Source: Piromyces finnis finn | Lineage: Eukaryota > Fungi > Neocallimastigomycota | Reading direction: 5' to 3' | DNA: 64,000 nucleotides | NCBI GenBank assembly: GCA_002104945.1 | Contig: MCFH01000049.1 | Span: 1-64,000 of the forward strand | In this document: positions 1 to 14,144 of the stretch, in pieces | Layout of the letters: every line of letters starts with the position of its first letter | How positions within the stretch are numbered: position 1 is the stretch's first letter | Notes under the pieces: model-generated | Databases searched by the model: none | Told to the model about the DNA's origin: nothing | The model's input: the letters and a program-made list of their open reading frames with translations, nothing else | Position numbers and translations under genes: made by a program

Positions 1-1215
1 TTATCTTAAACAATAAATCAATTTTGATATTTACTTATTGTCAAAAAACTGAATAATACATTTGAATTTTTTAACACTTTATAATAACAATCTAAATATT
101 TATTACAGTAAGATGAGAAAAAAATTTTTTTAATAATTAAATTAAAAGAATTCCACTTTTTTTTATAAAATAAAATACTATTATTATCTTAATTATTATT
201 TAATTATATTTTATGAATATTATTATTTATAATATGTTAGCATATTTTTGAAAAACGTACTATAATATGCTTTATATATATTTTTCAAAATATTTCAATA
301 TATTATAATTTTATGATTTAAATTTGATTAAAATTTTTATTTTTAAATTACATTTCATAAATCAATTTAAAATTTTTTTTTTTTTAAACTTTTTGTGCTT
401 CTATAAATTATAAGCAAAGTTCTAAATCATTATTATTATTTTAATCTAAATTTTTTTATTATTTTAAAAGAAATTAATAGAACAGGAATTTTTTTTAAAA
501 TTTTCTTAATATTATAAAATATTTTTTTTACTCATTAATTTGTTGTAATATTATGAATATTGTGATATGGTTTAATTAATGAAAGTATTATTTATTAATT
601 TGAAGTTATTTTTTATATTAAATTAATTTCATTTATTGTGTAAAAATGTATTATTGTATTTGGTTAGAAAAAATATATTGATAAAATTTTTGTTTGATTA
701 TTATTTCTTTTCTTGTTTTTATTTAATTTATTACCTAAATTATTTTTATATTTTAAATCGTGGAATATCTAAAAAATTTATTTAATATTTTTGTTAAAAA
801 ATATATTATTATAACAAAATATTATTTTTATTTTATTATAATTATTAAAAAAAGTAAAAATAAAGCTAATTATATTATTTTTTTTTATTAATTTTTTTTT
901 AAGTTGAAAAAATGAGATTAATTTAAAAAGTTTACTAATGATTTTTATGCATTAATATAACATATATATAAAATATTAAAAATGTATCTATTTAATAGAA
1001 ATGCTTAAACTTAAAGGAATATTTTTTTCATTCAGAATTATCAAAAATTAATACAAATTATAGATATTTTATTCACATTTATTTTAAAATTGATATAGAA
1101 AAAAAGATATCCTAAAAAAAATATTAAATATAAAATTGGAATTAGTTGAATGAAAACATTAATAATTCTAATTTTTAAGGTAATAATTACTTTAACCCGT
1201 TTCATTTAAAATTTT

Positions 1216-2309
1216 TATAAAAAAAGAAGAAAAGTTTTTTAAATTTTTTTGAAATTTTCTTTCTTTTATATTAAAATATTTTTAATGTGGTTCATTAAAC
1301 TATTGACCAATAATATTCATTCCATTTTTAAATTATTTTTAAAAATTAGAAATTTTTTTAAAAATTTATTCCATTTTTTAAATTAAAATTGATCTTAAAT
1401 TCTTCAATTTAATTTCCAATATTTTATTATGTTTATGACATATATTATAAATGAATTACATATATTATAATAAACATTATTATATATACGCCATTGATTA
1501 TTTTAAAATTAAAATTAAAAATAAATAAATAAAAAAGAATTTCTCTTTTTTTTTATTTTTTTTTTTTTAATTTTTTTTTAAATATTAAAAAGAAAAGGGC
1601 TAGTTGTCAGCTTGATAGTCATAAAGGTAAGTATTACTATTATTATTTAATTTTTTAAAAAAAGAGGAAGGAATATAAAAAAAAGATGATAAAAAAGAGA
1701 AAGTTTTCAGAGTATAAAACCTATTTAATTATGAAATGGATTATAATCTTTGTTACTGCTTTTTATTATTTATTATAAACATAGAGGGAAATGAGGGTTT
1801 ATCATAAACCTTGCTAGGAATATTTAAATAATATTGCTTAATTGAAATAAAAAAACCTATTATTATATAATTTTAAAAAGATGTTGCATTTATACTTTGA
1901 AAAGAAAGATTTATAACCAATTGTGAAATTAAAAGAACCAACCACAAAGATGGTTCAATTAAGTTTCTAATAATAGTTTTTTTTTTTTTTTATTTTTTAT
2001 AAAAATTGATATCTATATGATAATAATTAAAAGGAATTAAAATAAATAGTGGGAATATGAAACTTTTATTTACTATATTTAAGTAAAAGATAATAAAGTC
2101 AGTGTATAATATGAATGATATAAAAAATCAACAAAGTAAAAGTTATTTTATTACATATTAAAAAAAGAGTGAATATAAAAAAAATATTAGTAATAAAAGT
2201 AAATAAAAAAGAATTAGTTTAAAAATATTATAGAAATATCAGTAGAATAGAAAAAATAAACTAAAATAAAAAGATAATAATAATTATAAAAATATAAATA
2301 TATATTAAT
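1216..2309. repeat. Long inverted repeat arm A (partner 12991-14144)
   Basis: Reverse complement aligns near-continuously with 12991-14144, e.g. accaccacaaagatggttcaattaagtttctaataatag (~1940-1978) vs ctattattagaaacttaattgaaccatctttgtggttggt (~13394-13433). Ends approximate. Confidence 0.9.
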
Positions 2310-2408
2310 GTTAAATGAAATGTTAGCATAATTATATAGTTAACTATTTTTTAAATTTCATATACTAAGTTTTACCACTTCAAATTAAATAGTATATATA
2401 TTATTTAA

Positions 2409-3143
2409 ATATAAATGAATTATTATTTTTCTTTCAAATTTTATTTATATTATTATTCATATTGTTATATGTTATATTATTGTATAGTTTTATTTCAAAT
2501 AGAATAATGAATAATCGATATAAAATTTAGTTATATTTAAAAAGTTATACTTTTCTCTATTTGCTAAATCCAAAACATATTTCAGTACAAACTTCAAAAA
2601 TTAAAATAATACAATGATGCATTAAAAAAAATATTAAAAATTATATTGTAGTAGTTTTTTGGTTTAATAAAACTCTTATAATTTCAATTCATTTTAATAA
2701 ATATTTAATGCCTGATTATTATTATTATTATTATATCTATCATTATTAGATCGTATTAACTTGAATATTTATATATTTATACGGTTAAATAAAATGTTAT
2801 TAATCATTAATCAAGAAATAATAACTATTTTTTAAAATAAAATTTTTGCACTTTAACAATTAAATATGATAATATGTAATATACCAAATGATTATTTTCA
2901 ATATAGGATTATTATTTAATATTTATAATTTATCATTTATTTTTTTTATATTATTGTAATCAATAGATTTTCTCTTTTTTTTATTTATTATTTTATTATA
3001 TATATTTATTATATATATTTACTATATATTTATAGTATACCTTTTTACGCTTTTATTAATAGTTTACTATCCTTATTATATTTACAATATGAACCTATTA
3101 AAATTGTATATTCCAAATTTATTATAGATTCATTTATTAAATT
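2409..3143. repeat. Long inverted repeat arm B (partner 6412-7156)
   Basis: Reverse complement aligns with 6412-7156, e.g. ctatttgctaaatccaaaacatatttcagtacaaacttc (~2557-2596) vs gaagtttgtactgaaatttgttttggatttagcaaatag (~6968-7006). Ends approximate. Confidence 0.9.
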
Positions 3144-6100
3144 TCTTTTACATCTACTTTTTGATATTATTATAATACAATATATATATAATTATTATTT
3201 CATTTTGAATTTTTTATTTTAAATATTGAATTTCTGACTTTATATTTATATTATGTATATAAAATATGTATAACAAAATAAATAAGTATTAGAAAAAATT
3301 AAATATATATGTTATTATATTCATAGTTTATTATTTATTCTGTTTCATATATTTCATTTATTTCATTTCTATTTAACATTTTTTGGTTTTCTTTTTCAGG
3401 TATCTTTATATCTTTAATATACATTTGAAATTATATTTTATGTATATATAAGTAATTTAAATTAGTTATATATTCTTATATTTCAATTTTTAAATTCATA
3501 AAGTTAAATATAATATAAATCATAAAATTTAAATAATTAATTTTCGATTTTATTTGGAAATTTCTCTTTAATTGAATATAATTTTATTTATTTATTTTAA
3601 ATACCTGATATATATTTAATGATATATAATGAATTCCTATTATATCTTTAGTAACTTTATCATTTTTAAGATTATTAAAATAATCAATTTTAACATTTTT
3701 ATTTTCTTTTTATATTATTACTAATTTTTATTATTGTTTTTACTATTTCTTTTTGTATTAAATTATTTTTACTTTTATCTGTTGTCATTTTTTTCTTCTT
3801 TTGACTTTAAATCTATTAATATTTTATTAAATGAATTATTTCTTAGACTAACATAATTATTTTTTATTGATTGATTTTCAATTTCAATTTTTTCTATACA
3901 AGAAAATAAATTGATAAGATTTAATAATTTCTTATAATAAACAGTCTTTATTTCAACAAACCTAAATGAATTTTATTTATTAACATAGTAATATTTATAT
4001 TTTAATATAATTTTGAAATGCTTTAAAGTATTTATACCTTTATTCTTGTTTGTTAAATAAATTTTATTCATCAAATCTATCTTTTTCTAATGATGTGTAA
4101 AATTTTCAAATGTTACATTAATTTTTTAATATTATTACTGTCACAATAAATATACAATCCTCATTATATTTTTAATTAACAATATGATATATGTATCTTA
4201 TATTTTTTTTATTTCTTTTTTTATTAATGGTTATATCACAAAATATTTTCTTTCTTTTAATTTATTATATATAAACTTTTAATATAAATATTTGTAATTG
4301 AATATATAAATATTCATTTATAAATTGGTATCCATAATGTTTTTAATTTCAAATATACTCTTCTTTAAATTTTCTTCATTTTTATATCTTGAACCTTTCC
4401 ATATTATTTTTTTTTCATCGAATTATATTTTTTAAATAATATATTTTGAAATATAAATTCATTACATTTTAACCATTTTTATAAAGGAAATAGCAATAGA
4501 ATTGTTTTGTTTTAAAATATTATTTTATTAAATAAATTAACATATATTTAGAAATCTTTTATTTATAACTTATTTGTAAATAACTATATATATGCAAAAT
4601 TATTTACAATAATTATTCTAATTACATAATTTTATTCTCCAATTAAGAAATATCAATGTAAATAATAAATTAATTTATAAAAATAATAATTTCTAAATTT
4701 AACTTTTAAAAACTATTTTAAATCATTTTTACTGCTTTTTCATTAAATTTCAACAATAGTGCAATAGTTATGTAAGAGTTATAACCATTTCAATTATTAT
4801 ATAGAATTATATTTAAGGCTAAAAATAAAATAATATATTTTATGTAAATTTATTAAATTTTGAATCTATAATTATATTTATATTTATTACTAATAGTATT
4901 GAAGTATTAATAAATTTTATGATTTCCATACAAAATAAGTATTTATAAAATAAAAATAAAAATGAATATATTATATTAATTATCATTTTTAAATTTTGAA
5001 GTTTCTTCACTTGAATTCTTTTTAAAAGCTAAAAGTTATTATTTTTTATACTTTAATGTTCACTGTTATCTTTATCTTTAAAATACCTCATAATTACTTA
5101 TATTCAATATAGTTATTGAAAATATTTAATCATTAATATTCATTAATATTATAGTTTAAAAATAAAAACAAATCATTATTTTAGTAAGTATTATATGTTA
5201 TAATAAATATTTCGGCTAAATTATTTTAATACTAGGTAATTTATATTTCTATTGTTACATTATTAATATAACATTTGAACATTAACCGGTTATTTGTATA
5301 TGATTGATTTTCAATAACATCAAAATTCGAAATCTTATCAATATTATATTCAATCAATTACCTAAATAAAAAATTATCTATATTAAGTTAATATTTCTAT
5401 AAAGGTATATAGGTTTGTTTGACTAACAAATATAAACCAAGTGATATTAGTTTTTATTATTACTACAAATAATATTTTTTCTTTTTAATTTTTTAAATTA
5501 TTATACTGTATTATTTATCATTTAAATATTTTCTTTAAATATTGTATTTATAGTAATGAAATAAAAAAGAATTTTGATACGTTAAAAAAATGAAACCATA
5601 AAAGTAACCTACTTTTATTTCTATTTAATAATATATTTATTAATAAAATTCATGTTTTTGTTTTGTCTTTCCTTCATTTTTTATTCAGTTGAACTATAGT
5701 TATTTATAAATGGTATTCATTTTATTTTTATTTACCTTTTACCTTTTAATGAAAAAGTTGCCTTTGTTATTTAAAAAATAAGAAAAAGTCCACTTTTCAA
5801 CTTTTTTTTTTTTAAAAAAATAAAGTGAATTTCTTGAAATTTCAAAAAAATTCAAAATTTTTTTATTTTAAAACCATCACATGATCAAAATGTTGAATTA
5901 ATTTTTTTTAATTATTGCATCATCATTAAAAATTAATTTTTTTTTTACTTTTACTTTTAAAAGAGACTTTTTTTTCCTTTTTTTCTCTTTTAACTTTTAA
6001 AAAAGTGGACTTTGATACTTTGAATTTATATTTTATAAAATAAACCTTTTATTCAATTGTATTCATCAAGTAAAAAGTAAAGTATTTTACAATTAATGTA

Positions 6101-6411
6101 CCTGAAAATATTTTATTTCATTTTATTAAATATTAAATATTATTTTTATTTTTATTTTTAAAAATACTATACAATGTTGATAATACTGAAGATGATGAAT
6201 TAGCACTGCCGTTATAAACAAACGTATTTTATTAGCAAAAAATAATATTAAATAAAAGTTTATGAAATAATGAAAATCTAAAAAGTAATCTCTTCAGAAT
6301 GTGTATGTGTAATGACTTTTTAAAATTTTGAAATGCCTTTAATAATATTCATGATTGATGTGAAATACTGTAATAAAACAAAAAATTTATAAAATGATAT
6401 TTATATATTAT

Positions 6412-7156
6412 AATTTAATAAATGAATCTATAATAAAATTTGGAATATACAATTTTAATAGGTTCATATTGTAAATATAATAAGGATAGTAAACTATATT
6501 AATAAAAGCGTAAAAAGGTATACTATAAATATATATAGTAAATATATATAATAAATATATATAATAAAAATAATAAAATAAAAAAAGAGAAAATCTATTG
6601 ATTACAATAATATAAAAAAAATAAATGATAAATTATAAATATTAAATAATAATCCTATATTGAAAATAATCATTTGGTATATTACATATTATCATATTTA
6701 ATTGTTAAAGTGCAAAATTTTATTTTAAAAAATAGTTATTATTTCTTGATTAATGATTAATAACATTTTATTTAACCGTATAAATATATAAATATTCAAG
6801 TTAATACGATCTAATAATGATAGATATAATAATAATAATAATAATAATCAGGCATTAAATATTTATTAAAATGAATTGAAATTATAAGAGTTTTATTAAA
6901 CCAAAAAACTACTACAATATAATTTTTAATATTTTTTTTAATGCATCATTGTATTATTTTAATTTTTGAAGTTTGTACTGAAATTTGTTTTGGATTTAGC
7001 AAATAGAGAAAAAGTATAATTTTTTAAATATAACTAAATTTTATATCGATTATTCATTATTCTATTTGAAATAAAACTATACAATAATATAACATATAAC
7101 AATATGAATAGTATTAAATAAAAATTTGAAAGAAAAAAATAATAATTCATTTATAT
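6412..7156. repeat. Long inverted repeat arm B' (partner 2409-3143)
   Basis: Reverse complement of arm B with scattered substitutions. Confidence 0.9.
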
Positions 7157-8245
7157 AGGTAAAACAATCAAAGTTTATACTTTATATATTGAAAATTTGA
7201 TAATAAAATATTTGTAGTTATTATTACACTTTTTTTTTATTAAAGATATACCATCACTGTTATCATTACTTTTTATTTAAAAATTGTCATGATAAACTAT
7301 ACAAAATAGTTGTTCATTAATTCATTATTATTTTTAAAGCAACTATTGTATTATTGTATTATATTTATTCAAAATACATGTTATCCTTTTATTATGAAAT
7401 TTTATGTTTACTATTTAAATTTTTAATTGTAATTAAAGTACATTTTTATGTTTTTTTTTCTTTCAATAAACAATCATTTTTTTATATTTTCTTTGTTTAA
7501 ATGTTACATTTTATATGACATAAGAAAATTTAAAAAGAATATTAAAAATATAAAAAGATTTTAAAACAACTACACAATATCAAAATATAATTTTTATACA
7601 TGTTCTTTTTACTCTATATTGTATATCAGATGAAAATATAAATGTACTGAAAAGTATTATAAGTAAAATAAGCATTATAAAATAATTAATTGATTATTCT
7701 AAAATGAAAATAAAGCAATTTTAAAATTAAATCAAAGAGTAAAGAACTTTAGCTATTTTTATTCTAACATAAAGAAACAATTGGTTATTAAACTACAATT
7801 AGTGAATTAAAATATTTTTATAAATATAACTAGTGGCTTGAATGAAAATAAAATTTAATACAAATCAAATTTGATAAGAGTTTTAGGTAAAATGAATTTT
7901 TTTTATATCACTAATTTTTATTATTGTATATAAATATAAAATTTAATTGACTCTACAATATATTAAATTTATAAACAACCAACCACTAAAATATAAAATA
8001 TATGAAGTCAAAAAAAAATAAAAAAAGAAAAAATAAAGCTAAACAAAAAAAAAATATTATTTTACTTTGGAAAATAATAAAATAGGAAAATAGTAAAAGT
8101 AATATTATAATAATAAAGTGTTTAAATAAAATATGAAATATTGAATAAAGTAAAAGATATATTATAGAAAATAATAATATAATAATAGTATTGTAAAAAA
8201 AGGACTATGACTATAAATATATAAAAATAGTGAATAGTTATAATA

Positions 8246-10414
8246 ATGGGAAGTAACACTTTAAATAAACTATTAAAAAGAGAAAATTCAAATATTCAAC
8301 AAAAAATAATTTCGGATGAAGATATAAAAATATATGAATCTGAAATAATAGATATTATGATTGATAAATTAAAAGAAATTCATGTGAGAGAATTCACCTT
8401 TCAAAATCTAAAAAAACTAATAATAAATAATGAGCGATATAAGCATCTTAATGTTGATAATAATAGGAAAGAAAAAATTAAAAATCTTCTTTCTATTTTA
8501 TTTGGAAAAGCTATTAATATGAATATATTAGAGATTCATGATATATATACAATAGAATTTCCAAAAGAAATAGGATGTTTAACCAGATTAACTGAGTTGA
8601 ATCTTAAACACAATAATACATCTGAATTACCAAAAGAAATAGGAAATTTAACTAATTTAGTGAATTTAATTCTTGAACGTAATAATTTAACAGAACTACC
8701 AAGAGAAATAGGAAATTTAACTAAATTAACAAATTTAAGTCTTGTTTATAATAAATTAAATAAAATACCAAAAGAAATAGGAAATTTAACACTTTTGACT
8801 AGTTTAAATCTTAATGATAATAGAATAAGTAAATTACCAAAAGAAATAGGAAATTTAACACTTTTAACCAGTTTAAATCTTTGTCAAAATCAAATAACCG
8901 AATTACCAAAAGAAATTGGAAATTTAAAAAAATTATCAATTTTAAAGCTTAAACATAACCAAATAATTAAATTGCCAAAAGAAATAGGAAATTTAACTAA
9001 TCTAGAATGTTTGAAACTTTTTAATAATAAATTAATAGAATTGCCAAAAGAAATAGGAAATCTAATAAACTTAACGAACTTGTCCATTGAATATAATAAT
9101 TTAATCAGATTACCAAAAGAAATTGGAAATTTAATCAATCTAAGATATTTAGAACTTAATTATAACAATTTAACAGAATTACCAAACGAGATAGGAAATT
9201 TAACCAATTTATATAATTTGCTTCTATCGTATAATAAATTAACAAAATTACCTAAAGAAATAAAATATTTAACTCGTTTAACTATATTGAATCTTAATGA
9301 TAATAGAATTAGTAAATTACCAAAAGAGATAGGCGATTTAACACTTTTAACTAGCTTAAATCTTTGTCAAAATCAAATAACTGAATTACCAAAAGAAATT
9401 GGAAATTTAAAAGAATTAACAATTTTAAAACTTAAACATAACCAAATAATTAAATTGCCAAAAGAAATAGGAAATTTAACTAATTTAAAATGTTTGAAGC
9501 TTTTTAATAATAAATTAATAGAATTGCCAAAAGAAATAGGAAATTTAGTAAACTTAACGAAATTATCTATTAAGTACAATCGTATTATCAAACTACCTAA
9601 AGAAATAGGAAATTTAATCAATCTAAGATACTTTGAACTAAATAATAATAATTTAACAGAATTACCAAAAGAAATAGGAAGTTTAACTAATTTATATAAT
9701 TTATTATTATCTTATAATAAATTAAGTGAATTACCAAAAGAAATAGGAAATTTGACTAAATTAGCCAATTTAGAATTAAATTTTAATAATTTAATAGAGC
9801 TACCAATAGAAATAGGAAATTTATCTGATTTACGTAGTTTATATCTTACTAATAATAAAATAACAAAATTACCAAAAGAAATTGTAAAACTAGCTGGATT
9901 ACTTAGGTTAGAGGTTGATGCATCTTTATCCATTACACAATATGGATATACTTTAGAAAGTAAAGAAATAAATTTAAGAAAGAGAAAATTAACTGAATTA
10001 CCCTATGATATAATTAATATGAAATATTCAGAGAATATGGATATAAGTAATAATCAATTAACAGATTTGCCTCCACTTGGTATTAGTTTAAAAAGACTAG
10101 ATATGCATAATAATAATTTCCAAACGATATCAAACAATATATGGAGTTTACATAATTTAGAAGAAGTTATTTTGGATAGTAATATTTTTTCTTCCCAATT
10201 AAAAAAAATTAAATTAGATCCAACCGTAAAAATTAACAGAATAGAACCTGTCCTAAGATCGGATAATTTTATAACTGTCATCACCATCCTTCTTAATATA
10301 AGTAAAATGAAATATCCACTAACAAATAATGATTTAATCAAAATATTTGACATCTCTCATGTTTATTTATCGCATAAAATATACATTCCAGAATGTATTA
10401 AATCAATCTTATAG
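8246..10414 (+). CDS. Intronless cytoplasmic LRR protein, 722 aa: ~95-aa N-terminal domain, 20 regular 23-aa repeats (LPKEIGNLxxLxxLxLxxNxLxx), degenerate C-terminal repeats
   Basis: Uninterrupted 722-aa ORF; 20 xPxEI repeats counted; no signal peptide or TM segment; collinear paralog at 16452-18981. Confidence 0.92.
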   Translation: MGSNTLNKLLKRENSNIQQKIISDEDIKIYESEIIDIMIDKLKEIHVREFTFQNLKKLIINNERYKHLNVDNNRKEKIKNLLSILFGKAINMNILEIHDIYTIEFPKEIGCLTRLTELNLKHNNTSELPKEIGNLTNLVNLILERNNLTELPREIGNLTKLTNLSLVYNKLNKIPKEIGNLTLLTSLNLNDNRISKLPKEIGNLTLLTSLNLCQNQITELPKEIGNLKKLSILKLKHNQIIKLPKEIGNLTNLECLKLFNNKLIELPKEIGNLINLTNLSIEYNNLIRLPKEIGNLINLRYLELNYNNLTELPNEIGNLTNLYNLLLSYNKLTKLPKEIKYLTRLTILNLNDNRISKLPKEIGDLTLLTSLNLCQNQITELPKEIGNLKELTILKLKHNQIIKLPKEIGNLTNLKCLKLFNNKLIELPKEIGNLVNLTKLSIKYNRIIKLPKEIGNLINLRYFELNNNNLTELPKEIGSLTNLYNLLLSYNKLSELPKEIGNLTKLANLELNFNNLIELPIEIGNLSDLRSLYLTNNKITKLPKEIVKLAGLLRLEVDASLSITQYGYTLESKEINLRKRKLTELPYDIINMKYSENMDISNNQLTDLPPLGISLKRLDMHNNNFQTISNNIWSLHNLEEVILDSNIFSSQLKKIKLDPTVKINRIEPVLRSDNFITVITILLNISKMKYPLTNNDLIKIFDISHVYLSHKIYIPECIKSIL

Positions 10415-12990
10415 TTTTTCAATTTCTTTTTTCATTTTAAATAATAATTTAAAAAAAAAGTATTTTAATCTCATTATTATTATTAATATATAAATAATAA
10501 GTTCAAATAAGTTTAGTTATAATCTTAATCATTTGGTATGAATATATAATACTAAATCAATGGGTAGTGCAATGTTCTACCTCAAATATAATCTGTTTAT
10601 ATATATAATGTATTAAATAGAAATGTTTAGAAAAGGGATTAGAGATTATTTATTTATTAATACCTATAAAAAATAAAATGCCATTATATTATTTAATAGT
10701 ATCTATTTATAATACATAGGTAGAAATAGTCTTGACATATATGAATAATAGTTATTATATTATATCATAAATGTCATAAGTCGTAATAGTAAAATAAATT
10801 GTTTTATTATGTAGTCAACCTTCAATAGAATAGATGTAATTACAGATGAAAGATAAATTATATATTAATAATTAAATTTTAAAAAATTAATTATAAAAAT
10901 AATTATAATAAATAAAAATATATTTTTATATATAAAAATTGAATTATAATTAAAACCAAAATTTCATTCATTACACCTTCTTCTTGATTTTATGTATATC
11001 TTTTGCAATTTATATATTTAAATATCATATAGATTACATATATCAATAATATTATATAAAACACAAATTATATAACCTATAGAATTATTATTTTATTAAA
11101 TGCTTCTTCTTCTAATTAACACTTTAAGAATGTTGTTTCCTTTTTTAAATAATATAATTAAGAGAATAGTTATAATAACCTTACAATATGAATTGAAAAT
11201 GTTTTTTTGGTTTAAAATAAAATTTATATATTATTTTATTCTTATGAATAAAACGAGAACTTTGTAACTAAAAATACAAATTATATTTTCTCCTATAATA
11301 ATACTGTGGCTAATTTTATTAACTATCAATTTACAAATAATTTTTATAATATTTAAATAATTTAATTTTATATATATATGATACTAAAAAATTTATGATA
11401 AATCAGATGTTTCAGTGTTTCAGTAATAATAAATAAATAAACTCTATATTTATAAATATTCTTACATTCTTTTTATAATAAATGTAATTATATAAAATCA
11501 TTTAACATTATTATTCTTAAATATTTCAACTTATTTTCAATTGGAATATTTATATTCAACAATAAAAAAAAATATGAAAATAATTGATTAAAGGTATTGC
11601 ATATTATTTTACTTAAAAAAAATAGTATTACATTCAGTAAATAATATTAAATTAATAAAATATATTTTTGTAATTTAATATAGTTAAATATGTTAAATAT
11701 ATCTTTTCAATTTAATATAGTTAAGTGAGTTAAATAATCAGTTCCTTTTATTAATTTCAATTTCTTATTAATATTTAAAGCTATCGATTTATATATTCAT
11801 CTTTCAAAAATTTAAAAAAATGTGTATTAATAAACTAATTTTACTATCTTAAAAGTAATTTATTATTACCAATAGTTTCTTTCTCTTTAAACACTGACTT
11901 TTCAATTTTTTCATGTTATTTTTTCTTATTAATTTAATAAGAAACAACTTTTTGTTAAAATTCTCCTTTTAATTATAACTAATTCTACTTTTTATATCAT
12001 TTTAATAAAAAGTTTCATTAACAACATTTTCATGATTTATTTTCTTAGTAAATAATATATATAAACATATGAATCATTATAATATAAATTTTATTTAATC
12101 ATAAAACTGATTATGAGATTGTAATGTGTATTTTTTATTACAAATGTTTATATGATCTTTGTTCAAAGAAGTTTTTTCTCATTTTTTAAAATTATGCATT
12201 AAATCATTTTTAAAATTAAATATGAAAGATAATAATAAAATATCTATTCATAAAATAAATTTTAATAATATATATAGTATATTTTTATTATTCATAATGT
12301 TTTTATTGATTTTTCATTAAATATCATTTTATTAAAAACAAAGCTGTGTTTATGGTAATGATATTTTGAGTATATAAGATTAAATAATGTTGATATCTTT
12401 ATATATATAATATCCATATTTATTTATATTTTATGAATATTTCTGCTTGATAATGTTTTTTTTAAATAAATATACAAATTATGGTTTATATGAATAAAGT
12501 CATATTTTCTATCTTCAATTATATACATTTAAGTTTAATATTAATAGATGTGTTTATAAATATTAGTTTTATATACAAAGCATCTTTTATTCTTTGCTTC
12601 CCCCCTTTTTTTTTTTTTTTCATCATCATTTTTAATAAAATATTAATTATTATTTTAAAAATTCTAACTTTCATTTTTAAAAAATAATTAATCAATAATA
12701 TCCCTTCAACATTTACAATATTAATAAAATAATTAATGAATTAGTAATAATTATATATCAAAATTTAAATAAAATACTATCTATTAAAAAAATTAATATC
12801 CTTATTTTCTATTTTATATCCTATATAATCTAATATGAAATTTAGCATAATTTTATTTACCATTTATACTAATAATAAGATATGTAATATTATTATATTT
12901 GCTAATTAAATATTATTTGTATTTATTATTATTATTATTATTATATAATAAATATATATATATCACAAGTATTTCTTTTTTTTTATTTAT

Positions 12991-14144
12991 ATTAATATAT
13001 ATTTATATTTTTATAATATATTTTTATAATTATTATTATCTTTTTATTTTAGTTTATTTTTTCTATTCTACTGATATTTCTATAATATTTTTAAACTAAA
13101 TTCTTTTTTATTTACTTTTATTACTAATATTTTTTTTAATATTCACTCTTTTTTTAATATGTAATAAAATAACTTTTACTTTGTTGATTTTTTATATCAT
13201 TCATATTATACACTGACTTTATTATCTTTTACTTAAATATAGTAAAATAAAAGTTTCATATTATACACTGACTTTATTATCTTTTACTTAAATATAGTAA
13301 AATAAAAGTTTCATATTCCACTATTTATTTTAATTCCTTTTAATTATTATCATATAGATATCAATTTTTATAAAAAATAAAAAAAAAAAAAAACTATTAT
13401 TAGAAACTTAATTGAACCATCTTTGTGGTTGGTTCTTTTAATTTCACAATTGGTTATAAATCTTTCTTTTCAAAGTATAAATGCAACATCTTTTTAAAAT
13501 TATATAATAATAGGTTTTTTTATTTCAATTAAGCAATAATTATTTAAATATTTCTAGCAAGGTTTATGATAAACCCTCATTTCCCTCTATGTTTATAATA
13601 AATAATAAAAAGCAGTAACAAAGATTATAATCCATTTCCTAATTAAATAGGTTTTATACTCTGAAAACTTTCTTTTTTATCATCTTTTTTTTATATTCCT
13701 TCCTCTTTTTTTAAAAAATTAAATAATAATAGAATACTTACCTTTATGACTATCAAGCTGACAACTAGCCTTTTCTTTTTAATATTTAAAAAAAAATTAA
13801 AAAAAAAAAAATAAAAAAAAGAGAAATTCTTTTTTATTTATTTATTTTTAATTTTAATTTAAAATAATCAATGGCGTATATATAATAATGTTTATTATAA
13901 TATATGTAATTCATTTATAATATATGTCATAATATAATAAAATATTGGAAATTAAATTGAAGAATTTAAGATCAATTTTAATTAAAAAATGGAATAAATT
14001 TTTAAAAAAATTTCTAATTTTTAAAAATAATTTAAAATGAATGAATATTATTGGTCAATAGTTTAATGAACCACATTAAAAATATTTTAATATAAAAGAA
14101 AGAAAAATTTCAAAAAAATTAAAAAACTTTTCTTCTTTTTTTAT
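12991..14144. repeat. Long inverted repeat arm A' (partner 1216-2309)
   Basis: Reverse complement of arm A; carries an extra 55-bp tandem duplication absent from arm A. Confidence 0.9.
13201..13310. repeat. Exact 55-bp tandem duplication within arm A'
   Basis: tcatattatacactgactttattatcttttacttaaatatagtaaaataaaagtt at 13201-13255 and 13256-13310; single copy in arm A. Confidence 0.92.

Noticed and set aside
8890-10353. Minus-strand ORFs 8890-9138, 9373-9621, 9712-9933, 10054-10353 (also 16796-17074, 17848-18297)
   Set aside because: Antisense shadows of the LRR genes; FPISFG is the reverse complement of PKEIGN codons.
12481-13099. Short ORFs 12481-12687 and 12899-13099 (similarly 19247-19459, 47716-48009, 57428-57616, 59238-59432)
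   Set aside because: Low-complexity I/F/L/Y/K/N strings expected by chance in AT-rich DNA; no motifs or paralogs.
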